Assembly (NCBI GenBank): GCA_964549505.1 | Contig: CAZJVD010000006.1 | Location: 94,183 to 158,182 of the forward strand | Length of the DNA: 64,000 nucleotides | Source of the DNA: an uncultured Oligoflexia bacterium | GTDB lineage: Bacteria > Bdellovibrionota > UBA1018 > CAZJVD01 | Reading direction: 5' to 3' | In this document: piece after piece, positions 19,706 through 28,591 of the stretch | How the letters are laid out: each line of letters starts with the position of its first letter | How positions within the stretch are numbered: the stretch's first letter is position 1 | Program-made: the position numbers and the translations under genes | The notes under the pieces: model-generated | Told to the model about the DNA's origin: nothing | Database searches by the model: none | What the model saw: only the letters and a program-made list of their open reading frames with translations

Positions 19706-20964
19706 CGCGTCTTCGAAACTTTTTCCCACGCTGAAACAAACCGCTCGATACGTTCGTCGTGCTTTTCGCGGATCGGAACGCCGAGGGTACGCAATCCTTG
19801 CCAAATGCGTTCGTGCTGGCCGATGTGCACGAGTCCTTCGCGATCCATGTCTTTTTCTACGCCACAGCTCGGCGCCAATCGATCAATCGTTCCGTTGTAG
19901 TCGGTGCCTGTCGTGATCGCCGCGTCGGGAGTCATGTGCAAGGTTTCCACCCACTGACGAGCGAGAAGATGAACGCCTTGGGCACAGGCCTCGCGCGAGC
20001 AACCTTTTGGACAATGTTCGGGAAGTGACGTGGTTCCGCCGAGCATCACGTCGCTGGGCATGAGCCCGATCATCCCGCCGCTTGAACCGATCTTTCGAAC
20101 GATACGGTCGGTGACGCCGCGTTCGGAGCCTTGGTGGCGACGTAAAACGCTGTGAGTGACCAGCCAGGGTAGGTTCTTGCGTTCGAGTATCGGTGCTAGG
20201 TCTTCGACCAGCGCATCGGACGCATGGCTGAGGTCGATCCAAACACCATGGACAATCAGTTTTTCGATGAACGCGCGCCCCATCGGTGTTGCGCCGCGCG
20301 GGTTACAGAGCACATGACTCTCATGATCGCGCGGATGAAAAAAAGATTTCACAGCGGCAAGCGGGTTCAAAAGTTTGAGAATGCCACGGAGAAGGGCAGG
20401 GCCACCGATGAAGTCGTCGGAGAAGTGCACGGGTGTGACGATACGAATCCCGAGACGATCGACAAACTCTTCGATGTCCCGATCGTTTTCCAGAATCCCG
20501 CTCGCTCCTTCGAGAGAAAACACAATCAGACGCTTGTCGTCCGACAACGCCCGACGCGCATCGGCTGGAGTTTTCGCGATCACAAACTCAGGATTTTCCC
20601 GAACAAAGCGCTCCGCATCTCGGATCTGTTCACGTACCGACTCACGCATGTCCCATCGGGCGAGGGGATGCGCGTAGAGAGCAACGACCAGAATCTGGAT
20701 GCCACTCTGAAGAACGGTCTCGGGGTTCGTCTGAAACTTCAGAGCATCGGACCACTTTGTCGCTCGAATCGGCCCAAAAAAATGTCCGTCGAAAAGTATC
20801 GGCGCACCACGGTCCATGAAGGCATGCGTGTGGAGATCAACGGAGGCTCTGGCGGTGCCGTTGCCCGTGACGTTGCCAGTGATACTGCCGATGATAGTTA
20901 GTGACATTCCTGATACCGCGACGACGAAGGCGAAAGAAAAAGCAAAACAGCGAATGCGCTTCAT
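19702..20964 (-). CDS. secreted M19 (renal/membrane dipeptidase)-like metallohydrolase
   Basis: Start trimmed to MKRIRCFAFSFAFVVAV (signal peptide). Its ATG overlaps the upstream stop (ATGA). M19-like blocks are present: VDLHTHAF (in place of DGHND), WIDLSHASDALVEDL and THSVLR..RGVTD..GGMIGLMP. Confidence 0.7.
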   Translation of the reverse strand: MKRIRCFAFSFAFVVAVSGMSLTIIGSITGNVTGNGTARASVDLHTHAFMDRGAPILFDGHFFGPIRATKWSDALKFQTNPETVLQSGIQILVVALYAHPLARWDMRESVREQIRDAERFVRENPEFVIAKTPADARRALSDDKRLIVFSLEGASGILENDRDIEEFVDRLGIRIVTPVHFSDDFIGGPALLRGILKLLNPLAAVKSFFHPRDHESHVLCNPRGATPMGRAFIEKLIVHGVWIDLSHASDALVEDLAPILERKNLPWLVTHSVLRRHQGSERGVTDRIVRKIGSSGGMIGLMPSDVMLGGTTSLPEHCPKGCSREACAQGVHLLARQWVETLHMTPDAAITTGTDYNGTIDRLAPSCGVEKDMDREGLVHIGQHERIWQGLRTLGVPIREKHDERIERFVSAWEKVSKTR

Positions 20965-23555
20965 TTCGAAGAAGCCCGTATCAGCCGATCCTGAAGCGCG
21001 CGCGCCAATCCGACGCCTTCGTTCCACTCTTCAAACGCGATCAGGTCGCAATCACTCGAAAGATCCAGCTGGCGTAAGCGTCGATAGAGCTGACGAGCGG
21101 CTTCGTTTGGATCACCGGTACGCGACAGAGCGATCCAAAAAGTAGCGGGTGCCATGGAACGTTCGAAGACTTGTTTCCGATCGGCATTCCACGGTGTCTT
21201 TGTGAGAAGGCCGACGCGCCAAGGTATCGGACGTGGGTGGGTGTCGAGAAAATGTTTGAGATCCGCGAGTGCGACGCACGGTTTGCGAGGCGAGTAGTGA
21301 CGAGCAAGCATCCCCGGACTGGGCTGTGCGCCGTCTTTTTCATCTGCAGGCATGTGAGACTTCGTCGGTGCTATGTGTTTCAGTTCTTCTTCGGTGATGC
21401 CTCCCTGACGCAAAATCGTAAGACTTCCGTCGCTTTCGATGCGAACGACGGTCGATTCGACGCCGACGCCACAGGGACCACCATCGAGCATCGTGATCAT
21501 GTCTCCAAGTTCGGCGCGCACCGCCTGAACGTCGGTCGGGCTCAGAGAACCAAACCGATTAGCACTCGGTGCAGCGACGCCGTCATCCAGTTCGTCCAGC
21601 AAGTCGCCAAAGAGCGGGTGTGCCGGCATGCGTACGGCGACAGTGTCCATGCCAGCCGTGATCCAAGTGCTGAGATCGGGATGCTTGCGAACAACAATGC
21701 TGAGCGGTCCAGGCCAAAATTTCGAAGCCAGTGTGAGAAACACCGATCGCCGCGCAGGCTCGAGTGAGCTGCCGTCCACAATCTTTGCACGTTGCAGATG
21801 ATCGATCAGGTTCGTTCGCCAAGCCGGGGGAATATGGACGATGAGCGGATCTTTGAACGGGCGGCCTTTAACACGAAAGATTTCAAGAACTCCCGCCTCG
21901 CTGCCGATCCAAGCGCCCAATCCGTACACGGTTTCAGTCGGGACGACGACAAGGTGACCCGCTTTGAGCTCAGAAACCGCCCGGGCAGTGTCCGGGCGAT
22001 CCTGCGATTCCATATCCGGTGCAAGAAGAGGTGGGGTTTCAGGATTGAACGCTTTCCAAACGCGTTCCATCTGCGTTCCACGTGATCCCTTGAGAAGCAC
22101 GATATCGTCTTTGCCGAGCCATTCCATGAGCGCTTCGATGAGCGGCTCAATTTTTTCGTTCTCAGTGTTCTCGATGACCGGCATCGACGGCAGGGCCTTG
22201 CGTACGCTCTCAGCGGCTTGATGCATGAGTGAGCCATAAAAAAATGCAGCACCTCGGTTCTCGGGTGGAAGCTGCGCTAACGTGTGTGCAAGGTGTTCGC
22301 CGCAGGTCGCGTGGTAGGCTCTCGTCTCCGGTCCCAGCTCCCGCATTTCACCGAGCACGGTAAAGACACGCCCGGTTTTTCCACGCTTTTCCCATTCTTC
22401 GAGCGTGAGCTGAAACGCCACACGCATCGATTCTGGATTGGCATTGTAGAAATCGCAGACCCAGTGAGCTTTACGAACCGTGTCGTTTAGAATCTGAGAG
22501 CGTCCCCAGAGCGCTAGCGAAGGTTTTGGATGAACGCGAAACCAGTCTTGAAGCCCCGCGCGCTCGACTCCACTCAGCCGCGTGAGTACGATCGCGGCGA
22601 GTTGATTGACGACATTGTGTTCACCGGGCAAGAGAAGTGGAACCTCCAAGACTCCCTCGGTCGGCGCATGAATCTGCAGGCGCGGATCGCCCGTAATGCT
22701 TTCAACACGTTTGCCGAAGAACTCAACCGATGTATCGATCATGCTGTAACGGGTGGTGAGCCGAGACCACGTCGTGTTCGGAGCAATCTCGGTGTCGTGA
22801 AACTTCTTAAGCCACGGATCATCCCAGAAAAGAGCCACACGACCGCCGCGTGCGAGTGTCTCGCGCAGCAACTCCGTTTCTTCGTAGGCGACCTGAGCCA
22901 ATGTACCCAGCTGTTCGAGATGTTCGGGCGCGATTCGTGTCACGATCGCGATGTCGGGTTTTACAAGATCTGCATGCCGTCGCATGGCATCGCGGTCATC
23001 AATGCCAATTTCAACGACCGCAGCATCCGTCTGGGAGGTCCAACCAAAAACAGTGAGAGGAATCCCTAGGAAGCCATTTTGGCTACCTTGCGTTCGAGCT
23101 ACGTGGGAAAAACTGGCACCCAAAAAGGCTGCGGTGAGCTCTTTCGTTGTGGTCTTTCCGACAGCACCACCAATACCGACGACCGGTCCATGAAACTGCT
23201 GGCGTATCCAGCCTGCGAGTCTCCGGAGAGCATCGATGGTGTGATCCACTTCAAAAATAGAAACATCGTGCGCTTCAGGACGCGTCAGCCACTCGAGAAG
23301 TTCGGTTCCTAAGCTGCCTCGCTCAGCAAGAACACCGGTCGCTCCAGCTTCGACAGCTTGTCGGATGAAGTGATGCCCATCGAAACGATCCCCTTTTATC
23401 GCCGCAAACAGAGCGCCGGCCACAACCGCGCGAGAGTCTGTCGTGATCGATGAAAAGGTAGCCGTGTCCGTTTCCGCTCTACGCTTCAGAGAACCCGCAC
23501 CAAAAGCGGTCGCTACGGCCTCTAAAGTTAGTTTCGGAAGTGTCCCGACCACCAT
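20961..23555 (-). CDS. murF: fusion protein: UDP-MurNAc-tripeptide--D-Ala-D-Ala ligase (MurF) plus L-threonylcarbamoyladenylate synthase (Sua5/TsaC)
   Basis: A single 864-codon frame. The MurF part has GIGGAVGKTTTKE and ..DIVLLKGSRGTQMERV. The Sua5 part has VVPTETVYGLGA, KGRPFKDPLIVHI, GVESTVV and SPGMLARHYSP. Confidence 0.85.
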   Translation of the reverse strand: MVVGTLPKLTLEAVATAFGAGSLKRRAETDTATFSSITTDSRAVVAGALFAAIKGDRFDGHHFIRQAVEAGATGVLAERGSLGTELLEWLTRPEAHDVSIFEVDHTIDALRRLAGWIRQQFHGPVVGIGGAVGKTTTKELTAAFLGASFSHVARTQGSQNGFLGIPLTVFGWTSQTDAAVVEIGIDDRDAMRRHADLVKPDIAIVTRIAPEHLEQLGTLAQVAYEETELLRETLARGGRVALFWDDPWLKKFHDTEIAPNTTWSRLTTRYSMIDTSVEFFGKRVESITGDPRLQIHAPTEGVLEVPLLLPGEHNVVNQLAAIVLTRLSGVERAGLQDWFRVHPKPSLALWGRSQILNDTVRKAHWVCDFYNANPESMRVAFQLTLEEWEKRGKTGRVFTVLGEMRELGPETRAYHATCGEHLAHTLAQLPPENRGAAFFYGSLMHQAAESVRKALPSMPVIENTENEKIEPLIEALMEWLGKDDIVLLKGSRGTQMERVWKAFNPETPPLLAPDMESQDRPDTARAVSELKAGHLVVVPTETVYGLGAWIGSEAGVLEIFRVKGRPFKDPLIVHIPPAWRTNLIDHLQRAKIVDGSSLEPARRSVFLTLASKFWPGPLSIVVRKHPDLSTWITAGMDTVAVRMPAHPLFGDLLDELDDGVAAPSANRFGSLSPTDVQAVRAELGDMITMLDGGPCGVGVESTVVRIESDGSLTILRQGGITEEELKHIAPTKSHMPADEKDGAQPSPGMLARHYSPRKPCVALADLKHFLDTHPRPIPWRVGLLTKTPWNADRKQVFERSMAPATFWIALSRTGDPNEAARQLYRRLRQLDLSSDCDLIAFEEWNEGVGLARALQDRLIRASSK

Positions 23556-23601
23556 TTCCGGATATCCCGTTGGCGGTGATCCGTTAAACGCTCGAAGCGG
23601 C

Positions 23602-24657
23602 TTACATCGACGTTAGGGCTTCGTCGATGACTTCTGAAAAAGCCTCGATCGGAAGCGCGCCGTTGACAAGCTCACCGTTGACCAAGAAGGTCGGCGTTGA
23701 ACGAATACCGAGTTGTTCGCCTTCGGCTACGTCTTTCTGAACAAGGTCGGCGTAGCGCTTTTCTTGAAGACAGGTCTTGTACTTTGCAACATCAGCGCCT
23801 GATGTTTTTGCATAAGTCTCAAGGCTGGCAGCGTCCAAGGTCTTTTGATTCTTGAACACTTCACCATAGAACTTCCAGAACTTGTCGTTGCCTTGCTCGT
23901 TCACGCACATCGACGCTTCAGCTGCTGGCTTCGCTTCGGGGTGAAAGGAAAGTGGGAAGTGTTTGTACGCAACACGAACCTTGCCTTTGTACTTTGCTTT
24001 GACTTCCTTCATCGTGTCAGCGGCTTTCGAGCAATAAGGACATTGAAAATCGCTGAACTCGATAATCGTGACTTTCGAGTCTTCTTTTCCCCAGGTTGGC
24101 GCTTGCGCGATATTGACATTCAAGCTGATCTTCGGCTTTTTGAAATAGACTTCAACGGGCGAACTCTTGGTCAACTTAGCGAGCTCACTCTGAACGATGT
24201 CGTTTTTCTTCTGGTCCTTAATGAAAGTTTCAATGCGTTCTTTGAGTTGCGGCGTGACCTGAGCGTCTGGAATCTTTCGTTCCTTTACGAACTGGTCGTA
24301 TTCCTTTTTTGAAACGCTGATTTTGCTCGCGAGTTTTTTGTTGATGTAGTCATCGACCGACATCCCGGCTTTCTTCGCTTCCTGAGCCATAAGTCTTTCT
24401 TGCATGATCTCGGTCAAGCGGCGGTACTTGAATTCGTAAATCTTCTTTTGAAGATCGAGATACGTTAGCTTTTCGGAACCGATGAGTTGTTCTTCGGTGA
24501 CCACTTCGTCACCAATTTTTGCAACGGTTGACGTGTTCGGAGCGTCTTTGAAAACAAAATTAGGTTTTGCGCGCGAATCGCTCGTGCAAGAGAAAACAAT
24601 CAAGCCCATGACCACCAGGGCTAAGGCCGAAACATACCAACGATTACGAACATTCAC
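23602..24657 (-). CDS. DsbA-family thiol:disulfide oxidoreductase with an N-terminal SurA-like chaperone segment
   Basis: Signal/anchor sequence, then a helical chaperone-like region, then a thioredoxin fold with FSDFQCPYCSKA (CPYC active site). Confidence 0.8.
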   Translation of the reverse strand: MNVRNRWYVSALALVVMGLIVFSCTSDSRAKPNFVFKDAPNTSTVAKIGDEVVTEEQLIGSEKLTYLDLQKKIYEFKYRRLTEIMQERLMAQEAKKAGMSVDDYINKKLASKISVSKKEYDQFVKERKIPDAQVTPQLKERIETFIKDQKKNDIVQSELAKLTKSSPVEVYFKKPKISLNVNIAQAPTWGKEDSKVTIIEFSDFQCPYCSKAADTMKEVKAKYKGKVRVAYKHFPLSFHPEAKPAAEASMCVNEQGNDKFWKFYGEVFKNQKTLDAASLETYAKTSGADVAKYKTCLQEKRYADLVQKDVAEGEQLGIRSTPTFLVNGELVNGALPIEAFSEVIDEALTSM

Positions 24658-24694
24658 GCGGATTCTCCTATAAAACAGGTTTTGTATTGGAACC

Positions 24695-24988
24695 TTATCG
24701 TACGTTAAGCTCGCACTTGACGCAACGATAAACTAGGCGTCGAGCGCGTCCGCGTTGCACAACAAGTATCGCTCCCAACAGGCCCTGAAGACCGGTCCAC
24801 GCCCAAAGCCAGCGCGGTTCCGTACGCACCCGATCGAAGAGAAATAGAAAAGCAACGAAACTCGTCGCAAAGAGTACTTGTGTGACAACCGGGTAAGGGT
24901 GCTTGGGCTTCAGCACGCGATCACCACCACATTTTGCGCAGACGCTCGGGTCGGCGCTGCTCTCGCTACCGTGTACTGACAAGGTCAT
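24695..24988 (-). CDS. small membrane protein with a split zinc-ribbon (CxxC ... 2 TM ... CxxC)
   Basis: Start trimmed to MTLSVHGS. CAKCGG is followed by two hydrophobic helices and then CVKCE. It overlaps the 3' end of kpsF by 23 nt. Confidence 0.4.
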   Translation of the reverse strand: MTLSVHGSESSADPSVCAKCGGDRVLKPKHPYPVVTQVLFATSFVAFLFLFDRVRTEPRWLWAWTGLQGLLGAILVVQRGRARRLVYRCVKCELNVR

Positions 24989-25982
24989 GAATACGCACCA
25001 ATCCGACACAGCGATGTGACTCATCATGGACGGGGAGAACCGCGATCTGGCTCGGTCGATTTTCCATCAGCGCGAGGGCCTCGTGCAGTCGCCGTGTCGA
25101 CGCGACCGTCACAGGGTTTTGAGTCATGAGGTCCTTTGCACGAAGAGAAAAGAATTTTTCACGGTGAATGAGTGCTCGCCGCAAGTCGCCATCAGTAATA
25201 ATTCCAAGAAGCTTGTCGGGTTCGTTCGCATGCACAACCAAAACACCACCCAGTTTTGTTTCTGTCGATAAACCTAAGACCTCGTCAATCGGAGCTTCGG
25301 GTGAAACTTTTCCAACGGATCGAAGCGGATGCATGACTGTCGAGACGGTCTGATAAAGGCGGCGTCCCAGCGAACCACCGGGGTGATTTTTAGCAAAATC
25401 TTCGATGTTATCCCCGCGAAACTTCATCAGACTGACTGCCAATGCGTCACCCATCGCAAGCGCAAGTGTCGTACTCGTGGTGGGAGCTAGTCCATGCGGA
25501 CACGCTTCTGCTGGAACCGAGGTGTCGAACCAGATGTCCGAGAGCTCAGCGAGGCGTGATCCTTTCTGTCCAGATAAACTGATGACAGCGGCACGGCGCT
25601 GTTTTGCCACAGTTGCCAATGTGACGACTTCAGGAGTTTCGCCCGACTGACTGAGAAGCAGGACAGTGTCGCCTTCCATGAGAACACCGAGTTCGCCGTG
25701 AAGCGCTTCTGTTGCGTGGACAAAGATGCTCATCGTGCCAGTGCTCGAAAGCGTTGCCGCGATCTTCTCGGCAATTTTTGCCGACTTACCAATGCCCGAC
25801 GTGACGATCTTGCGTCCTCGGCGACCCGTTTCGAGAATGAGCTGGAGCGCTTCCGCGATGGTTCGCGATCCATCGGGCGTCCGCGCGCGCTGGGCTGCTC
25901 GCGCTATGCCTTCGGCCTCGAGTTCAAGGACGCGAACAAACTCGTCGGCGGTAGGCGGGGTTGAAGTTAATGACGCGCTCAT
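24966..25982 (-). CDS. kpsF: arabinose-5-phosphate isomerase (KpsF/GutQ family; SIS domain plus CBS pair)
   Basis: Start trimmed to MSASLTS. SIS motif GIGKSAKIAEKIAATLSSTG and a C-terminal tandem CBS pair. Confidence 0.85.
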   Translation of the reverse strand: MSASLTSTPPTADEFVRVLELEAEGIARAAQRARTPDGSRTIAEALQLILETGRRGRKIVTSGIGKSAKIAEKIAATLSSTGTMSIFVHATEALHGELGVLMEGDTVLLLSQSGETPEVVTLATVAKQRRAAVISLSGQKGSRLAELSDIWFDTSVPAEACPHGLAPTTSTTLALAMGDALAVSLMKFRGDNIEDFAKNHPGGSLGRRLYQTVSTVMHPLRSVGKVSPEAPIDEVLGLSTETKLGGVLVVHANEPDKLLGIITDGDLRRALIHREKFFSLRAKDLMTQNPVTVASTRRLHEALALMENRPSQIAVLPVHDESHRCVGLVRIHDLVSTR

Positions 25983-26060
25983 GAACCTCAACGTAGGCGA
26001 CCCTCGAGAGAGTTGCAAGAGGACTTGCATAGAACCTCTTGCGGCGTTTCAATAAAGAAG

Positions 26061-26627
26061 ATGGGCAAGGCGATGAGGCGGTTCTTTTACCAAACGATGA
26101 CGCAATGGGTTGTCATTGCAATGGCCGTAGCGCCGCTGTCGGGTTGCATGTCGGCTTACGAGAAAAGTATCGGTGGCGATACCGAACAGATTTTTTCGCG
26201 CTATTACCTTTCCGACTTTAACACCGTTTGGCAGTCCGTCCTTGGGGCCCTCAAGAGTATTCCGCTCGATATTGCCAATCGCGAGAGCGGCTTCCTTCGA
26301 ACCAAATGGACGTTGAACACAGCAGACAAAAACTTTTTTGATTCGTTTGGTCCTGGAGGAGTGTACCTGCAGGCACAATATCGGATACGGATCAGCTTAT
26401 CGAAAGGTTTCTACAACGGTACGCCGTCCGTCAAAGTTTCAGTACTTAAAGAACAGATGATTCAGCGGGATGTGCTCGAAGGTTGGCGTCCTGTCGTGAC
26501 GGATACCGTCGACGAACACACGCTTTTGTACCGTGTGGGGCGATTGGTTTACTTGCAGACAAAAATCGCCGAAGTCGACAAAGAGAAAACCGAGCGCGTT
26601 CTGCGCGAATCAACTTCGACTTTGTAA
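26061..26627 (+). CDS. putative outer-membrane lipoprotein
   Basis: Start trimmed to ATG 26061. Lipobox VAPLSGC. The mature part is an alpha/beta domain I cannot assign with confidence (weak BamC/NlpB-like feel). Confidence 0.55.
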   Translation: MGKAMRRFFYQTMTQWVVIAMAVAPLSGCMSAYEKSIGGDTEQIFSRYYLSDFNTVWQSVLGALKSIPLDIANRESGFLRTKWTLNTADKNFFDSFGPGGVYLQAQYRIRISLSKGFYNGTPSVKVSVLKEQMIQRDVLEGWRPVVTDTVDEHTLLYRVGRLVYLQTKIAEVDKEKTERVLRESTSTL

Positions 26628-27422
26628 TTTTGTTTTCCAGAATGCGACCTGCTCCTGAATGCTCGTCTTCTTTGGCGGAGCCGCACCCGTGGAACGTTCG
26701 AGGATTTGGAACGCTTTCAGCATGAGGGCATGGTCTTTCGGATACTCGAGAACGGCGGCCAGCTCGTGGGTTTCTTTCGGTGGCGGAGGAAGGTCGTCGA
26801 AGAGTTCGAGGACGCGCAGAGGAACCCATTGGGAATGTCCGGCTGTGTAGTTGCGTTTGTCACGTAAGGCTTTCCAAGCAGCTTGGTGGAGGCGCCGTTG
26901 GTTCTTCGATGTAAGGTCACCGGCACGTGTTTCCAAAAAACGTTTCAAGGTATCGGCCGCCTGCAAGCGTACAACGAGAGCTTTATCGAAAAGGCGATCG
27001 CAGATTTTTCCCAACAGCTGCGCTTGCTTTCGTTTTTTCAAATCATCCGACGGAAGTGCAAGCGCAGCCCCGAGGGCCTGTAGGGCTCCGTTTCTCACCA
27101 TCCAGGATCGGTCGGCTAAGTTGCCCACCAGTTTTTCAGAGATCGCGGCGCCACCGAGACGAACGGCACCCAGGCTTGCGATAAAGCGCGCGGGATCGTT
27201 CTGGTGGCGATCCGTCGCAATCGTCACGAGCGCCTGGGCTGCACGGGCGCCATGCTGATCCGACCAACGGTCGAGCAGAACCTGAAAACTCTTGTTCGTG
27301 TTTTCCTGAAGATGCTTTTTAATCTCAACGGAAAGAGCGGCCGCGGTTGGGGTTTTGTCTCCCGACGCGAGCGTGTGAGGTAGGAACTGCAAGAGTGCCA
27401 GCGATACCGTAAGGGCGAGCAT
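26610..27422 (-). CDS. secreted HEAT/ARM-repeat protein
   Basis: Start trimmed to MLALTVSLALLQFL at 27422, with GGAGG 5 nt upstream; the ORF-track N-terminus is out-of-frame overlap with the upstream gene. Repeats of the type DRSWMVRNGALQALG and ALVVRLQAADTL. Confidence 0.55.
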   Translation of the reverse strand: MLALTVSLALLQFLPHTLASGDKTPTAAALSVEIKKHLQENTNKSFQVLLDRWSDQHGARAAQALVTIATDRHQNDPARFIASLGAVRLGGAAISEKLVGNLADRSWMVRNGALQALGAALALPSDDLKKRKQAQLLGKICDRLFDKALVVRLQAADTLKRFLETRAGDLTSKNQRRLHQAAWKALRDKRNYTAGHSQWVPLRVLELFDDLPPPPKETHELAAVLEYPKDHALMLKAFQILERSTGAAPPKKTSIQEQVAFWKTKLQSRS

Positions 27423-27444
27423 AGGAGCCTCCGTTTTTCTTTTT

Positions 27445-28494
27445 CTACATGTTGAGCATACGCTCAAACTCAGCCAAAAGATCGTCGTCCGTTTTTGGCT
27501 TCGCTTGTTGGTCAGCGGGAGCTTCGCCTGCGGCGGCTGGTTTAGCGGCTTCGGTAGCGGGCGCTGGCGTTTCAGTCTGCTTGATGCTCTCAGCGACCGT
27601 ACTAGCGAGCTGGTCAAATTTTCCCGTCGCATCGGCGGCTGGTGCTGTTGCGACTGCGGGAGCCGCAGCTGGAGCAGGCGTCGCCTTAGGTTCCGGTGAT
27701 GCTGGAGCGGGCGCGGGTTCTGGCGTCGGCTCGGGCGCTTCCGCGGCAACCTCTGGGACAGCCTCTTTGGTCACTTCTGCGGCGGCGGGTGCGGGAGAAA
27801 CATTCGCAGGTGCCACAGTCGAAGGCTCTGGCATTTTTCCGTTGCTTGCTTCGAGCGCTTCTTTGAGCTTTTTGTTTTCCTGCTGAAGGCGCTTGAGGTT
27901 AGCAAGATCGTCTTCGATCACGCTGTACTCGGCCAAGCGTTCTTCGAGTTCTTTGACCTTCTTCTGAAGATCATCGCCACCCTGAGACGCTGGCATTGCG
28001 TCTTTTTGGGCTTTCAAAAGTTCTAATTCTTTACGCAAGCGATCGCGATCGGTTTCGATCCCTTTCATCGCCTGTCCTTGTGTGGCCAGTTTGCCTTCCA
28101 GTTCCTGAAGCTTGAGTCCCAACGCCGGATCGGGAATGAGTTGCACGGTGGGCTGCGGGGCTGGCGCCGGAGCGACAGGCGCGGCCGTTACGGCTCTCAA
28201 GCGTCCTTGGATGTCTTTGGAAATGTCTTTGGGGTCTCGAAGAAGGTCGGGCGAAAACTTATCACCGGCCAATAATCCAAAGAGTTGGGTTCGAATGAGA
28301 TGCGCTTCGTGAATCAACTGATTGAGATACGTGCGAACAAGTCCCGAGGGGACTGCTTCGCCGACCACACCGGTCTTCCGTCGCTTTAAGATCCAATGAA
28401 CACAATACGCGGCAACCAGACCCGTGATGAGGATCAACTCGATGAGCAGTGCTTCAGTGCTGAAGCGCGAAAAAAAGTAAACGAAGCCTTCCAT
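27445..28494 (-). CDS. bitopic membrane protein: N-terminal anchor, coiled coil and Ala/Pro-rich linker (ZipA-like N-terminus, no FtsZ-binding domain)
   Basis: TM segment ALLIELILITGLVAAYCVHWILKRRK, a coiled coil (ELELLKAQ..KKVKELEERLAEY), a long PA/PE-rich tract and an acidic C-terminal peptide DDDLLAEFERMLNM. Confidence 0.5.
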   Translation of the reverse strand: MEGFVYFFSRFSTEALLIELILITGLVAAYCVHWILKRRKTGVVGEAVPSGLVRTYLNQLIHEAHLIRTQLFGLLAGDKFSPDLLRDPKDISKDIQGRLRAVTAAPVAPAPAPQPTVQLIPDPALGLKLQELEGKLATQGQAMKGIETDRDRLRKELELLKAQKDAMPASQGGDDLQKKVKELEERLAEYSVIEDDLANLKRLQQENKKLKEALEASNGKMPEPSTVAPANVSPAPAAAEVTKEAVPEVAAEAPEPTPEPAPAPASPEPKATPAPAAAPAVATAPAADATGKFDQLASTVAESIKQTETPAPATEAAKPAAAGEAPADQQAKPKTDDDLLAEFERMLNM

Positions 28495-28591
28495 TTCTCT
28501 CTAGAAGTGTACGCGACATTTTTCCGAGCATCCAGTGAGTGCCGTACGAAGGCTGAGAAGAGGCAACAATGACCGCGTCAGTTCTTTGACG

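Noticed and set aside
27423-27749. N-terminal 109 codons of ORF 26610..27749
   Set aside because: This Arg/Pro/Gln-rich stretch overlaps the 3' end of the upstream gene in another frame. A signal peptide with GGAGG in front starts at 27422.
26851-27886. Plus-strand ORFs 26851..27258 and 27449..27886 opposite the HEAT-repeat and Ala/Pro-rich genes
   Set aside because: They are the antisense of GC-rich, repeat-like coding sequence (poly-Ala/Gly/Ser translations) with no independent support.
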